From Moniliella sp. 'wahieum' (lineage: Eukaryota), in the NCBI GenBank assembly GCA_003971905.1, contig RSEE01000073.1, positions 1-64,000 on the forward strand: a DNA stretch of 64,000 nt, in the 5' to 3' direction. Positions within the stretch are counted from its first letter, which is position 1. Every line of letters starts with the position of its first letter. Made by a program: the position numbers and the translations under genes. The notes below the pieces were generated by a model. The model made no database searches. It was not told the DNA's origin and saw only the letters and a list, made by a program, of their open reading frames with translations. Below are positions 63,413-64,000 of this stretch, in pieces.

Positions 63413-64000
63413 ATGCATCCCGGACGGATGGTCGCAGCCCCGACGATGGGCATGCGTACTGGGCTTCTTCGCCGCGCAGGTCTGATCATCCATCCTTTTC
63501 TGCTGGCCAGCCAAGGCCAGCGGAAGACCAGCACTTCCTCCGTCAGAACATCGCCCAGCGCTACGAGTGCCAACCCGCCACCTCCCACCACAGAGCACAA
63601 GGGCGAAACAAAACAAGGGGGAACAGGCCAGCCAACGATGAAGGGGAGGGGAAACAACCGCCTTGCGAAAAAGGGAACCCCAAGATGAGCAAGTGGGTTC
63701 AGGAACGTTCCCATGAGCTGGGCAAGCAAGTGGCTCGTTCGGACTTGAACCAGGGACTTCTGCATAAATCTGAGGGATGGCAGCCCAAGGTTCAACCCGC
63801 CGGGCAGCTTGCCCGTGCCCCACTTTCTGGGGATAGAGGCGATACGCGGAAGCACAAGTGCGCTGTGGTCGTGGGCTATGCGGGGACAGGATACAAAGGT
63901 TCCCAGGTCAACATGGGCGTAGAGACGATTGAAGGGGATGTGTTTGCTGCGATGGCCGCGGCTGGTGCTGTGTCCGAGTCCAATGCTGTCAACCCTGCCA
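63413..64000 (+). CDS. PUS1: tRNA pseudouridine synthase (Pus1/TruA-like), 5' part, runs off the window
   Basis: RKHKCAVVVGYAGTGYKGSQVNMGVETIEGDVFAAMAAAGAVSESNAVNP at 63847-64000. The in-frame ATG is at 63685; ATG 63413 (Arg-rich, presequence-like) would need a frameshift. Confidence 0.8.

Overview
The window appears to be the left end of a chromosome of a GC-rich fungus, most likely a basidiomycete judging by protein style and introns. It opens with a short CCCTAA-type telomere remnant and a 40-bp subtelomeric minisatellite. A Sac7/Rga5-like RhoGAP gene ends only about 750 bp from the end. A TE-rich block at 4.5-20 kb holds a young Ty3/gypsy chromovirus (180/182-bp LTRs, GTAGC target-site duplication, self-priming PBS) inserted into the pol ORF of a truncated Ty1/copia element. 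Host genes follow: two paralogous OPT transporter genes (both multiply frameshifted), intron-containing tRNA-Leu(AAG), ARF1, a peroxisomal (-AKL) 4-coumarate-CoA-ligase-like enzyme, an importin-4/Kap123-like gene, PP1 inhibitor-2, a ChAPs/exomer subunit, PheRS beta and the start of a Pus1-like gene. The most unusual unexplained signal is a roughly 9-kb intergenic field (39.8-48.5 kb, with outliers elsewhere) of period-7 repeats. They are built from about a dozen different 6-bp A-NNNN-T palindromes joined by one spacer base, which points to a sequence-independent fold-back or hairpin-repair mutational process anchored at TNA. Single-base indels in clearly conserved genes suggest residual assembly errors, so all pseudogene calls are provisional.
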